64,000 bases of DNA from NCBI GenBank assembly GCA_905479325.1, contig CAJQLW010000010.1, positions 1,333-65,332 of the forward strand, written 5' to 3'. The DNA comes from an uncultured Flavobacteriales bacterium. Lineage in GTDB: Bacteria; Bacteroidota; Bacteroidia; Flavobacteriales_E; Vicingaceae. The notes under the pieces are model-generated. The model saw only the letters and a list, made by a program, of their open reading frames with translations, had not been told where the DNA came from and searched no databases. A program made the translations under genes and the position numbers. Positions 1 to 10,069 of the stretch are shown here, one piece after another (the first letter of the stretch is position 1; every line of letters begins with the position of its first letter).

Positions 1-1
1 G

Positions 2-2350
2 AAAGCAGCAGCCGAAGCACAAGCAAAAATTGACGATGAATACAATGCCTTAATCGCTGAGGCAGACGGTATGTTTGGTTCAAGTGATTTTGAGAATGCA
101 AAAGCCAAATACAAGGCAGCCATCGCTGTAAAGGATGAACAATATCCAAAAGACAAGATCACTGAAATTGATGCTAAAATTGCTGAATTAGCTGGAGAAA
201 AAGCGGCGAAAGCTGCAGCAGAGGCACAAGCTAAAATTGAAGCAGAATACAAAGCTTTAATCGCTGAAGCAGATGCTTTTTTTGAAAGAAAGGAGTATAA
301 ACCTGCCAAGGTGAGTTATGAAGCGGCGTTAGCTTTAAAAGATGAGCAATATCCAAAAGATCAAATCAATAAAATTGGTGCAGCCTTGGAAGAACTTGCT
401 AATGCAGAAGCCCAAGCTGCTCAACAGGCAAAGTTGGACCAAGATTACTTGGCAGCGCTTGAGAAAGGGGATCAAGCACTTGCTGCTAATGATTTAGAGA
501 ATGCGTTGAAAGCGTTCAAAAATGCACAATCACTAAAACCTGCAGAAACTTACCCTCCGCAAAAAATTCAAGAAATAGATGCTCTGATAAATGCTCGAGC
601 AGCTGAAGATGAAGCGCGTCAAGCTGAGCTAAATAAAAAATATGATGCATTTATGTTAGAAGCTAGTACTGCCGCAGAAGCTAAGGACTACAAAACTGCA
701 ATAAAGAAATATCAAGAAGCTCAAAATACCCTTCCTAATGAAGTACAACCTTCATTGAGAATAAAGGAGATTATGGATTTACAGAAACAACTTGCTGCAA
801 AAGAAGAAGAAATTCGTCTGAGAAAGGAGCAAGCTGCTGCGAACGAATCATCTTATCAAACTGCGATTTCAAATGGAGATAAGTATTTCAGAGATAAGAA
901 TTATAACGATGCAGAAAATGAATATCGTTTGGCTCTTAGCCTAAAACCAGACGAAGCTTATCCGCAAGAACAAATGGATGCCATTAAATCTGTTTTAAAT
1001 GAAATAAAAGCTGCTCAGCAGGCTGCGGACAATGCAAAAAAGGCAGAAGCTCAGAAAGAACAGCGTTATAAAGATTTGATTGCTAAGGGTAATGATGATT
1101 TTCAAGCAGAATCATACAGAAACGCTAAAGCGAACTTTGAGAATGCACTGCGCATAAAACCCAATGAAGCCTATCCAAAAGCTCAAATTGCCTTGCTAAA
1201 CGATTTGATTAAAAAACAGCAATTAGCTGAAGAACAAAGGCGCAAAGATTTGGACAAGCCAATTCAGATTCAAACAGGAGCTAAAGCAACAATTGATGGG
1301 GAGGCTGAAGCAGAAATCGAAAGAATATACAAAGAGCTTTGGTCTAAGCAGAATAGTGATAAGAATGCAGTGATTGAAATTCAAGATTCAATTTTGGCTG
1401 CTATTCGAGCAGAAAATTTAGCAAAGGAAGAATCAAGGATACAGAATGCAATTGAGAAGTTAGAGGAGATTAGCATTAGCATGAATGATCAATTTGAGAT
1501 GAGTTCTGAGTTGAATCTTCAGAATTATGAAACGATTAAAGTGCAAGAGGAAGACTTAAAAAGCAACGGTGAAGAGTTAGTAAAGACTTCTGAAAGAAGA
1601 AGAGAAGAAAACATGCTTGATGAAGAATTATTAGCAGAAAGCATTTCTATTTACAACAAGAAGCGAATGGATGAAATTGTTGAAGGGAAAAAGGTTTTTG
1701 TAGAAAATGAATACGATGAAATAAACATTTCTGAGCAGAATCGGATGAAAAAGCAAGAAGAATATATCATAGATACAAAACAAAAGTTTGAAGATTTAGA
1801 AAGTCGTTTAATGAAATTTCACACTGGGAGAAGCACCGAGTTTTACCCATCTAATTATGAGAAAATCTTGGAGGACGAAGAAGATTTTACTCAAAAGTCT
1901 GAACAGGACACAAAAGAATCCGAAGACAAGCGACTAGACTTCCAGGCCAACGCCAATCAATTAGAAACTGAGATACGACAGTTTGGTGAAGAGAACGCGG
2001 AAAGTTTTAAAAACAACCAATTAGAAATAGAAGAATTAGAAGTTGACCTAAAGGAAAAAACAGAGGAGTTAGTTGAGGAGTCGGAAAAACGAAGAAAAAA
2101 GAATGAAGAAGAAGAATTCTACATTGGTGAAAAGAAAGAACGACAAGACCAGTCTGCAGCCGACTATCCACAAGGGGTAACTGAAGAGATCATAGAAAAT
2201 CAGAATAATAGTACAACCATTAGAAGAATTGCAGTGGAAGGAACTCGAACTGATATTTACGAGAAAACGCTTTACAAATGGGGAGGCATATTCTACACTA
2301 AAAACGGAACCAATATCACTCAAGATATTTGGGATAGAGAAAGTAGGTAA
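2..2350 (+). CDS. Repeat-rich TPR-like / coiled-coil protein; 5' end lies outside the window
   Basis: The frame of ORF 71..2350 stays open back to base 2. The upstream codons (KAAAEAQAKIDDEYNALIAEADG) repeat the unit that recurs 207 nt later. About 69-aa units end in E(Q/A)YPKDxI; the second half is charged and coiled-coil-like. Confidence 0.6.
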   Translation, partial: KAAAEAQAKIDDEYNALIAEADGMFGSSDFENAKAKYKAAIAVKDEQYPKDKITEIDAKIAELAGEKAAKAAAEAQAKIEAEYKALIAEADAFFERKEYKPAKVSYEAALALKDEQYPKDQINKIGAALEELANAEAQAAQQAKLDQDYLAALEKGDQALAANDLENALKAFKNAQSLKPAETYPPQKIQEIDALINARAAEDEARQAELNKKYDAFMLEASTAAEAKDYKTAIKKYQEAQNTLPNEVQPSLRIKEIMDLQKQLAAKEEEIRLRKEQAAANESSYQTAISNGDKYFRDKNYNDAENEYRLALSLKPDEAYPQEQMDAIKSVLNEIKAAQQAADNAKKAEAQKEQRYKDLIAKGNDDFQAESYRNAKANFENALRIKPNEAYPKAQIALLNDLIKKQQLAEEQRRKDLDKPIQIQTGAKATIDGEAEAEIERIYKELWSKQNSDKNAVIEIQDSILAAIRAENLAKEESRIQNAIEKLEEISISMNDQFEMSSELNLQNYETIKVQEEDLKSNGEELVKTSERRREENMLDEELLAESISIYNKKRMDEIVEGKKVFVENEYDEINISEQNRMKKQEEYIIDTKQKFEDLESRLMKFHTGRSTEFYPSNYEKILEDEEDFTQKSEQDTKESEDKRLDFQANANQLETEIRQFGEENAESFKNNQLEIEELEVDLKEKTEELVEESEKRRKKNEEEEFYIGEKKERQDQSAADYPQGVTEEIIENQNNSTTIRRIAVEGTRTDIYEKTLYKWGGIFYTKNGTNITQDIWDRESR

Positions 2351-2359
2351 GTAGATTAA

Positions 2360-3472
2360 ATGAAGTATCTTGTATTTATTCTTTTTGTTTTATCAGTTGC
2401 CTGTAACACCTCAAAACCATCTGAGGTGAAGCTTCAGGATAAAGATGAAAAGCATTATTCAATTAAAGACTCCGCAGGATTTCGAATCATTACCATTAAA
2501 GAACCTTTCTTAAATGCGAATATCGTTGAGCGTTATGTTTTATATTCAAAATTGAAAGGCAAACCTAAAGGAGTCTCAGCAGATGTTTTTATAGGGACTC
2601 CAATCGAAAGGATAGGGATCAATTCAACTACGCACCTAGGCTTCCTTACTGTTTTGAATCAGCAACATAAAATTGTAGGAGCTAGTAATGCAAAGCTGTT
2701 TTATGATTCGAGTTTTCAACAAAGAGTAGCAGAAGGAAAAGTAACGGAATTAGGAAACAGAACGTTGAATCATGAGAAAATCATTGCTAGCGAACTTGAT
2801 GTTCTATTTACGTTTGCAATTGATGCTGCATCCTATAAAACAGTAAAACAACTGAGAGAAGTTGGTCAGCCTGCAGTGCTTATCTCCGAATTTAATGAAT
2901 CGCATCCGATCAATAAGGCCATGTGGTTGGAGGTGTTTGGTGCATTTTTTGACGAGAATACACAACAAGTAGCAGATAATCATCTATCAATGGTTCAGGC
3001 AAATTATGACTCAATTAAAAGTGAGTCGATGTTATATTCATTTTTACCTCAAGTGACCATTGGTTTGCCTTGGAAAGGAACTTGGCATGTTAGCGGAGCA
3101 GAATCGTACCAAGCACAATTGATTCGTGATGCAGGGGCAGTTTATTGTTGGCAACAGTACAAGCAGTCGCAAAGCGTTCCATTAGATATAGAAACAGCAG
3201 TTAGTAAAGGATTTAAAGCCGATTTTTGGATCAATACCGGAACAATACGGAACAGCGATGAACTGAAAAAAAGCAATGCTGCATTTGCCAAGTTTACTTC
3301 TTTTGAGCAAAAAAATATTTATTCCAACTACAAAAGGTCAAATAGCTTAGGAGCAAACGACTATTGGGAGCAAGGAGTTGTTCGGCCTGATTTGATTTTA
3401 GGCGATTTAATAACGATCTTTCACAATGGTGGAGATAGTTCGTTAACCTTCTATGAAAATGTATTCAAATGA
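2360..3472 (+). CDS. ABC transporter substrate-binding lipoprotein (Fe-siderophore / cobalamin BtuF-like class)
   Basis: Lipoprotein signal (LSVAC). Position immediately upstream of a FecCD permease and ATPase, with overlapping stop/start. Overall similarity to periplasmic binding proteins of that class. Confidence 0.7.
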   Translation: MKYLVFILFVLSVACNTSKPSEVKLQDKDEKHYSIKDSAGFRIITIKEPFLNANIVERYVLYSKLKGKPKGVSADVFIGTPIERIGINSTTHLGFLTVLNQQHKIVGASNAKLFYDSSFQQRVAEGKVTELGNRTLNHEKIIASELDVLFTFAIDAASYKTVKQLREVGQPAVLISEFNESHPINKAMWLEVFGAFFDENTQQVADNHLSMVQANYDSIKSESMLYSFLPQVTIGLPWKGTWHVSGAESYQAQLIRDAGAVYCWQQYKQSQSVPLDIETAVSKGFKADFWINTGTIRNSDELKKSNAAFAKFTSFEQKNIYSNYKRSNSLGANDYWEQGVVRPDLILGDLITIFHNGGDSSLTFYENVFK

Positions 3473-4479
3473 ATAAGCTCAGCCTAGGTATATTGCTTTG
3501 CTTATCATTGGTGATATTCGCTGTTATTGACGTAATTAGCGGTAGTGTGAGTATTCCGTTTCAAGAATTTAAGGCTTGGATTTCAGGAAGTCAAACATCT
3601 GAGGTGTTTAATTTAATTGTGTTACAATCAAGAGTACCCAAAGCGTTAACTGCCATATTAGTCGGCGCTGCTTTATCATTAGCAGGCTTGTTGATGCAAA
3701 CGTTATTTCGCAATCCATTGGCCGGACCATATTTGTTAGGAATAAGTTCTGGTGCAGGTTTAGGAGTTGCAATTTTAGTGATGGGTGCTGGACTCATTGG
3801 ATTTTCGGTAGGTGCCAGCTATTCGATTACATTCGCTGCGGTTTTAGGTGCACTAGTCATGATGTTGGTTCTCTTAACCGTTTCATTTAAAATTAAAGAT
3901 GTAATGACTTTGCTCATTTTTGGTGTAATGATGGGGTCTATCGCTACTGCAATCATCGGTTTAATTCAATTTTTCACATCCGATTTTCAGTTAAAATCTT
4001 TCATTATTTGGAGTTTAGGAAGCTTAACGGCCGTTTCTTACGGTGAGTTATCTATAATGGCAATTGCCTTACTGTTAGCATCATCTTATACATTGTATCA
4101 TCACAAAGGGTTGAACGCTGTTTTAATTGGCGAAGATTTTGCCAAAATGCTCGGAATAAAAGTGCTTCACATAAGAATTAGCATTGTTGTAATTACAGGA
4201 GTTTTGGCGGGTCTTACAACGTCTTTCTGCGGGCCAATAGGTTTTGTAGGTGTCGTGATTCCCCATTTAAGTAGATTAATTTTAAAATCTAACGATCATT
4301 TATTGCTTGTGCCATTTTCCTTGTTATTGGGTGGAAATGTTTTGTTGTTAAGTGATATTTTAGCGCATCTTCCTTCAAATGGAATGAGTTTGCCAATCAA
4401 CTCAATCACTTCAATTATTGGGATACCAATTATACTTTGGATTCTATTTGGAAAGAAAAATTTAAGTCAAACATTTTGA
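3469..4479 (+). CDS. FecCD/BtuC-family ABC permease
   Basis: Multi-TM protein with a typical FecCD C-terminal region (GPIGFVGVVIPHLSRLI). ATGA overlap with the upstream gene. Confidence 0.9.
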   Translation: MNKLSLGILLCLSLVIFAVIDVISGSVSIPFQEFKAWISGSQTSEVFNLIVLQSRVPKALTAILVGAALSLAGLLMQTLFRNPLAGPYLLGISSGAGLGVAILVMGAGLIGFSVGASYSITFAAVLGALVMMLVLLTVSFKIKDVMTLLIFGVMMGSIATAIIGLIQFFTSDFQLKSFIIWSLGSLTAVSYGELSIMAIALLLASSYTLYHHKGLNAVLIGEDFAKMLGIKVLHIRISIVVITGVLAGLTTSFCGPIGFVGVVIPHLSRLILKSNDHLLLVPFSLLLGGNVLLLSDILAHLPSNGMSLPINSITSIIGIPIILWILFGKKNLSQTF

Positions 4480-5201
4480 GTTCAGAAATTTTACACATAG
4501 AGAATATTTCGGTAGCTTATTCTAAGCGATTTGACATTTTGAATGGGGTGAATTTGGAGATGGCGTCTGGTGAAATTATTGCACTTATTGGCGAGAATGG
4601 CGCCGGAAAATCAACCTTGCTTAAAACAATCTGTGGCCTATTGGATTTTTCAAAAGGATCAATTCAGTTATTTGGAAAAGAATTGAATGACTGGAATAAA
4701 TCTAGTTTAGCTCAAAAACTTGCTTATGTAAGTTCAAGTGAAAATGTTCGTTCCATTATAACTGTGGAGCGTTTCATTGGTTTTGGGAGATACCCTTATG
4801 CCGGATGGATGGTAAAACCGTCTGAAGAAGATACGAAGCTTATTCAAAATGCACTGGAGCGCTGTAAAATTGAATATTTAGCAAACAAAACAATGGCTCA
4901 ACTTAGCGACGGTGAGCGACAAAAGGTTTACTTAGCAAGAGCGATCGCTCAAAATGCGGAACTCATTGTATTAGATGAACCAACAACTCATTTGGATGTG
5001 AAAAGTTCAAATACAATGTTTCAATTAATTAAAGCTCAAAAAGAGGAGGGAAGGGCTGTATTATTTTCTTCTCACCAAATAGAAAAAGCACTTGCCATTG
5101 CAGATAAGGTTTGGGTAGTAGACTGCGGAAGTGTTATTGAAACTACTCCAAATAAATTCTACGAAGATGAACGACTTCAGCAACTAATTTTTGGCGAATA
5201 A
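4437..5201 (+). CDS. ABC transporter ATP-binding protein (FepC/BtuD-like)
   Basis: Walker A GENGAGKST, signature LSDGERQKV, Walker B LIVLDEPTTHLD. The true start may be the TTG at 4476, which overlaps the permease TGA. Confidence 0.9.
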   Translation: MDSIWKEKFKSNILSSEILHIENISVAYSKRFDILNGVNLEMASGEIIALIGENGAGKSTLLKTICGLLDFSKGSIQLFGKELNDWNKSSLAQKLAYVSSSENVRSIITVERFIGFGRYPYAGWMVKPSEEDTKLIQNALERCKIEYLANKTMAQLSDGERQKVYLARAIAQNAELIVLDEPTTHLDVKSSNTMFQLIKAQKEEGRAVLFSSHQIEKALAIADKVWVVDCGSVIETTPNKFYEDERLQQLIFGE

Positions 5202-5203
5202 AC

Positions 5204-5431
5204 CTACCTCTTTTTTGTTATTCCCATTCGTTTGGCGCGCTTTTTCATTTCCCTATCGTATTGCCGTTTCTGCCTTTTTTCACTTCGCTTTATATCTTTT
5301 CTGAGGTTTTTACTTGGAGAACCTCCAATTACTTTACCTGAATTACTTTTAACGCCCTCAACACCTTTAAAAACGGAACACGAGGAAATAAGACTTACGA
5401 TGAAAAGAAGAAGGAACAGCTTTTTACTCAT
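5204..5431 (-). CDS. Small lipoprotein with a very basic C-terminus
   Basis: Signal peptide plus lipobox (LISSC). 8-nt overlap with the upstream SCO1-like gene. Last gene of the minus-strand operon 7494->5204. Confidence 0.5.
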   Translation of the reverse strand: MSKKLFLLLFIVSLISSCSVFKGVEGVKSNSGKVIGGSPSKNLRKDIKRSEKRQKRQYDREMKKRAKRMGITKKR

Positions 5432-6080
5432 ATTCTTGACTTAGGATTTCAATGTCAACCAACAATTGGTCTACGGACTCTTCAGAGGTTCCATCATAAA
5501 ACCCTCTAATTCGTTTCTCTTTATCTACCAAAACAAAATTCTCGGTATGAATAAAATCTCCAGGACCTCCATCTCCTTCCGTTACTGCAGCAAAATAACT
5601 TTTTCGAGCAAGGTCATAAATTATCTTTTTATCGCCTGTAACAAAAATCCATTTTTTAGGATCAGCTTCATACAAATTCGCATATTCTTTTAATACAGGA
5701 ACAGAGTCAACCTCAGGCTGAACGGTGTGAGATAAAATTTTAAAGTCTTCATCATCCTTGTACTTCTTTTGAACCCGTTGCATCTGAGCGCTCATACTAG
5801 GGCAAATTGTCGGGCAAGTAGTAAAGAAAAAATCGGTTACATAATAAAACTCATCAAAGTCCTTATTTGTAACTGTTTTTCCATCTTGATTCACGAGTTC
5901 AAAGTCTCCAATTCTATGGCCTTTGGTTACGTTTTGCTTGGATTCATCAACTAATTCTGGATTAATCATAGCAGGAGAGTAGATGGGTAAAACCCGATCA
6001 TTCTTTATCATTTCATATGCCACTGCGATTCCAATGCACAACAAAATGGCAGGAATTATTAAGGCAAGCTTATTTTTCAT
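5424..6080 (-). CDS. SCO1/SenC family copper chaperone / thiol-disulfide protein
   Basis: N-terminal TM anchor, thioredoxin fold, CPTICP (CxxxC) motif and a downstream His typical of the SCO family. Confidence 0.8.
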   Translation of the reverse strand: MKNKLALIIPAILLCIGIAVAYEMIKNDRVLPIYSPAMINPELVDESKQNVTKGHRIGDFELVNQDGKTVTNKDFDEFYYVTDFFFTTCPTICPSMSAQMQRVQKKYKDDEDFKILSHTVQPEVDSVPVLKEYANLYEADPKKWIFVTGDKKIIYDLARKSYFAAVTEGDGGPGDFIHTENFVLVDKEKRIRGFYDGTSEESVDQLLVDIEILSQEYE

Positions 6081-7494
6081 TTTCTTTATCCCTTTCCTCT
6101 ATAAAATACTCTAAGATTTTTTCCAATGATTCTATGCTCATTTTCTTTGACAAAATCTTTTTATCCTTATCTAACAAATAGGTTTGAGGTGTGCTGTAAA
6201 CATCGTAGAGCGTTCTGAAATTGCTTTGATACGACTCTCCGTCAGAGCCATTGATAAAGTTCAAATCGTGTTTGCGAATAAACTTAATCCACTCTTCATT
6301 CTCATATTCATTGCCAACCGCGAACACTTCAACTCCTTTATCTTTCATCTTATCGTACAAGGTTTTTAATTTCGGAGTGGCTGTTTTACAGTGGCCACAT
6401 TCAGGCGACCAGATGTATACAATCGTAAAATCTGCATCTACGGCATACAACTCCAAAAATTTCTTTTGAGCGGTATCCTTCACCACAATGTTAGGTGCTT
6501 TTTTACCAATTAACAGCGGGTCAAGAGCATTAGCACGTTCACTAAGCTTTTCCAATTGCTTTTCGGTAAACCATTCTTTTGCCAATCCTTTCATGAAGTA
6601 GTTTTTCGCTAAATGAACAAATACAGCGTCCATGCCCATGTTTTCAGAGCGCTCATAGAAAGAGGTAAAATGAGTTAGTGCATACTTAAATAGCAGAGGG
6701 TTTTGTTGAGCTTTGCCTAAAACATAGTCTAAGGAAATAATAATTGAATCAGGGTCAGGGATAGTCAACTTGGTAACATAGTAAACTATTTTATCGTGGA
6801 AGGTTGCTGTTCGTAGAAGCCTTTCATCAGTAAAATCATAGTTGTCAAAATAGTGAGCCTTAAAATATCGGAATGTGAACGTACTGTCAATACTTCCATC
6901 CGCTTTTTTAGGTGGTTCAGGCACATTTGGGTATTCAACGGCATAAATAAAATTGCTTGTAAATGATTCTTTGTTTTTCACATGAAAATTGGCGATGTAC
7001 TCTTTTACTTCAGTATCTAATTTCGCTAAAGCCTCTACTGCTGCTTCTTTCTCTTTTTCAGTTCCGTTATTTTTCTTTTCATTCAACTTTCGAGCCGTTG
7101 ATTGCCGTTCATTTAAAAAGGAGAGGTATTCATAAAATATTGTTGTTTCTTCACTTCCCTTTACTTTCATATTCAGTATGGTATATAAAGTATCAGTTAT
7201 CAACGATATTTTTTGATTGTCGACCATAAAATCGAACCACCTTTTTTGTCCTGTGATAATTGAGTACATTCCATGCTCTAAACTATCTTTACCGGTAAAG
7301 GTCATTTCTCCGGAACTTGATATTTGAGTAGTGTCCCTGTAATACTGACCCTTGCCGTAATAATATGCTAAGTAGGCAGTTGAGTCACTCAAGCCATCAA
7401 TTTTTACATTAATTTGATATCCACTTTGTGCAACACTTTGATTACCTGCTACAAGGGCTAAAAATAAGACCGTTAGGCAAAATAGTTTTCTCAT
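6070..7494 (-). CDS. Secreted TlpA/ResA-like thioredoxin-fold protein with a large N-terminal domain
   Basis: Signal peptide. C-terminal redoxin domain with WSPECGHCK (CxxC). Overlaps the SCO1 gene start. Confidence 0.75.
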   Translation of the reverse strand: MRKLFCLTVLFLALVAGNQSVAQSGYQINVKIDGLSDSTAYLAYYYGKGQYYRDTTQISSSGEMTFTGKDSLEHGMYSIITGQKRWFDFMVDNQKISLITDTLYTILNMKVKGSEETTIFYEYLSFLNERQSTARKLNEKKNNGTEKEKEAAVEALAKLDTEVKEYIANFHVKNKESFTSNFIYAVEYPNVPEPPKKADGSIDSTFTFRYFKAHYFDNYDFTDERLLRTATFHDKIVYYVTKLTIPDPDSIIISLDYVLGKAQQNPLLFKYALTHFTSFYERSENMGMDAVFVHLAKNYFMKGLAKEWFTEKQLEKLSERANALDPLLIGKKAPNIVVKDTAQKKFLELYAVDADFTIVYIWSPECGHCKTATPKLKTLYDKMKDKGVEVFAVGNEYENEEWIKFIRKHDLNFINGSDGESYQSNFRTLYDVYSTPQTYLLDKDKKILSKKMSIESLEKILEYFIEERDKENEK

Positions 7495-7511
7495 AAATAA
7501 ATGCTTTGCAA

Positions 7512-7519
7512 CAAAAGTA
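7512..7519 (-). promoter_or_regulatory. Bacteroidota -7 box (TACTTTTG) for the TlpA-like/SCO1 operon
   Basis: Reverse complement of caaaagta matches TAnnTTTG, 18 nt upstream of the ATG at 7494. Confidence 0.5.
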
Positions 7520-7628
7520 CAATCTTAAGACTCATTTGCGCTGTTAATGCTTGTTAATTGACAAATTCTTTACTCAAAAAGTACAAGAAACAATTGGCTT
7601 TAATCGATAACAGTCGTACCTTTCAACA

Positions 7629-8432
7629 GTGGAAACTTTCGTTTGGACCTTTCTTATCACCATTGTTTTAATTGGACTTATTGTTGGTGTATTATTAGCG
7701 TTTTACTTTTTGCAAGAAAAGATCATTTTTTCGCCCATTAAATTGGATGAAGATTATCATTATCCATTTGAAATTGAGTTCGAAGAAAAGTTTTACGAAG
7801 TAGATTTAGGTATAAGGTTGAATACGTTGCTTTTTAAAGCGAAAGAGTCTAAGGGGCTTATATTTTATGTACATGGAAATGCAGATAACCTCAGGTATTG
7901 GGGACAGTTTGCCGCTTTCTTTGTTTATTTAGGTTACGATGTTTTTATGTTTGACTTTAGAGGTTTTGGCAAAAGCGATGGTAAAATAAAAGGAGAACGT
8001 TTGCTGCAACGAGACACAAAGCGATTATATTTAAAGATGCTTGAGCAATATGATTCGTCTAAGATTCATATTTACGGTTTCTCTTTGGGAACGGGTATTG
8101 CAGCGAGGTTAGCTAGTAGGCAGCCTTGTGCAACATTATTTTTAGAAGCACCCTATTTTAATTTTGTAGCCTTAATCAATTACCATAAAGGTTATTTGCC
8201 TGCAAGTTGGATTTCTAGGTATTATTTCCGCACAAATAAATACTTGAAAGATGTTGAAGCTCCCATTCATATTTTCCACGGCACCGAAGATCGCAAAGTT
8301 CCTTACTTTTTAGGTAAAAAGCTGAAAGATAATTTCCCGGAAGTCAATTTCTACAAAGTTGAAGGATGCACACACAACGAAATGCAAGAAATGAAACTCT
8401 TTCAAGAAGAAATGAAAAGAATTCTAACTTAA
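7629..8432 (+). CDS. Alpha/beta hydrolase, membrane-anchored
   Basis: N-terminal TM helix, HGNADN oxyanion region, GFSLGTG nucleophile elbow (GxSxG), C-terminal His. GTG start in the track. Confidence 0.75.
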   Translation: METFVWTFLITIVLIGLIVGVLLAFYFLQEKIIFSPIKLDEDYHYPFEIEFEEKFYEVDLGIRLNTLLFKAKESKGLIFYVHGNADNLRYWGQFAAFFVYLGYDVFMFDFRGFGKSDGKIKGERLLQRDTKRLYLKMLEQYDSSKIHIYGFSLGTGIAARLASRQPCATLFLEAPYFNFVALINYHKGYLPASWISRYYFRTNKYLKDVEAPIHIFHGTEDRKVPYFLGKKLKDNFPEVNFYKVEGCTHNEMQEMKLFQEEMKRILT

Positions 8433-10024
8433 ACAGCAGCCTTTGATTTAAATTCTGACGTGAAATGAAATTCAATGTCAGGATAATTCTGTTTGGTAAT
8501 TTGTAAAATGCCTGCAGTTTGAGCTAAGAAAACAAGGTTCTCATCTTTATCGTGAACGATATAGTTTGATTTGAGTCGTGTAAATTCCTCCAACTGTTCT
8601 TTATTATTTGATGTGAACCAACAAGCCTTGAAAAAATTAAGCGGAGCAAAACTACAAGATGCGCCATATTCGTGTTTTAAACGATATTGAATTACTTCAA
8701 ATTGGAGTTCTCCCACAGTACCAATGTATTTTTTATTGCCCATTCTCGCTGTAAACAGTTGCGCAACTCCTTCTTCTGTCAATTGGTGAATTCCTTTTTC
8801 CAATTGCTTAGACTTCATCGGGTCGTTGTTGATTACTTCTTTGAAAATTTCTGGCGAAAAACTTGGAATTCCTTTAAAGGTAAAGTTTTCACCTTCTGTT
8901 AGGGTATCTCCAATTTTGAAATTGCCCGTATCGTATAAACCAATAACATCACCGGGGTAAGCATCGTCAATCACACTTTTATCTTTTGCCATAAAAGAAG
9001 TGGGGTTGCTAAATCGAACGCCTTTATCTAGTCTAACATGATGAAAGAATTTGTTACGCTCAAACTTTCCACTGCACACTCTTAAAAAGGCAACTCTATC
9101 TCTATGTTTTGGATCGAGGTTGGCATGAATTTTAAAAACAAAGCCACTAAATTTTTCTTTTTCAGGATTAATTTTTCCTTCGTCGGTTTCTCGAGCTCGA
9201 GGAGTAGGAGCAATTTCAATAAATTGATCTAACATTTCTTGAATTCCGAAGTTATTTACAGCAGACCCAAAAAAAACAGGGGCAATTTCTCCTCGTAAGT
9301 AGGCAGCTTCATCCAATTCATCGTATACCCCTTCAATTAATTCAACGTCATCTCTTAACTGATCTGCTTGACTTCCTATAATTTCATCCAGCTTAGGATC
9401 TTGCAAACTTTCAATTTTGGTTACATCCTTTGAAATTTTAGTTTTTGATGATTCGAAAAGATTTAGACTAGATTCACCTAAGTTATAAACGCCTTTGAAC
9501 GTTGCTCCAATTCCAATGGGCCACGTCATAGGTCGAACTTTGATGTTGAGTTTTTCCTCTAACTCATCTAATAATTCAAAACTGTCGCGACCTTCAAGGT
9601 CCATTTTATTGATAAAAACGATTACTGGAGTATCTCTCATTCGACAAACTTCCATTAATCGTTCAGTTTGTGCCTCAACACCTTTAACACAATCAATAAC
9701 TAAAATAACAGAATCAACTGCTGTTAAGGTTCTGTAGGTGTCTTCAGTAAAATCTTTGTGACCGGGTGTGTCTAATAGGTTTATGAGTTTGTCTTTGTAT
9801 TGAAAACCCATTACCGAAGTTGCAACAGAAATACCTCTTTGCTTTTCAATTTCCATAAAATCGGAGGTGGCAGACTTTTTAATCTTATTGTTTTTAACAG
9901 CTCCCGCAGTCTGAATTGCTCCACCGAATAAAAGGAACTTCTCTGTAAGTGTTGTCTTCCCAGCATCTGGGTGACTGATAATTGCGAATGTCTTACGTTT
10001 TGAAATTTCCTCTTGTAACTTCAT
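8429..10024 (-). CDS. prfC: Peptide chain release factor 3
   Basis: N-terminus [25 protein letters not shown] and NKMD GTPase motifs. Length 531 aa is typical of RF3. Confidence 0.95.
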   Translation of the reverse strand: MKLQEEISKRKTFAIISHPDAGKTTLTEKFLLFGGAIQTAGAVKNNKIKKSATSDFMEIEKQRGISVATSVMGFQYKDKLINLLDTPGHKDFTEDTYRTLTAVDSVILVIDCVKGVEAQTERLMEVCRMRDTPVIVFINKMDLEGRDSFELLDELEEKLNIKVRPMTWPIGIGATFKGVYNLGESSLNLFESSKTKISKDVTKIESLQDPKLDEIIGSQADQLRDDVELIEGVYDELDEAAYLRGEIAPVFFGSAVNNFGIQEMLDQFIEIAPTPRARETDEGKINPEKEKFSGFVFKIHANLDPKHRDRVAFLRVCSGKFERNKFFHHVRLDKGVRFSNPTSFMAKDKSVIDDAYPGDVIGLYDTGNFKIGDTLTEGENFTFKGIPSFSPEIFKEVINNDPMKSKQLEKGIHQLTEEGVAQLFTARMGNKKYIGTVGELQFEVIQYRLKHEYGASCSFAPLNFFKACWFTSNNKEQLEEFTRLKSNYIVHDKDENLVFLAQTAGILQITKQNYPDIEFHFTSEFKSKAAV

Positions 10025-10047
10025 TACTTGCCGATTTTAAAAGGGCG

Positions 10048-10055
10048 CAAAGGTA
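10048..10055 (-). promoter_or_regulatory. -7 box (TACCTTTG) upstream of prfC
   Basis: Reverse complement of caaaggta matches TAnnTTTG, 24 nt upstream of the prfC ATG. Confidence 0.45.
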
Positions 10056-10069
10056 ATAAATTGCTCAGG

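Noticed and set aside
2351-2359. Cobalamin or other riboswitch upstream of the Fe/B12-type ABC importer
   Set aside because: Only 9 nt separate the importer from the preceding gene, which leaves no room for a leader. No B12-box-like sequence was seen.
2069-9737. Short antisense or shadow ORFs inside well-supported genes: 2069..2323, 3591..3797, 5232..5444, 5466..5693, 5769..5954, 6184..6469, 6963..7229, 8687..8902, 9495..9737
   Set aside because: Each lies wholly within a longer ORF on the other strand or in another frame that has clear family motifs. Their products are low-complexity or hydrophobic noise, as is typical in AT-rich DNA.
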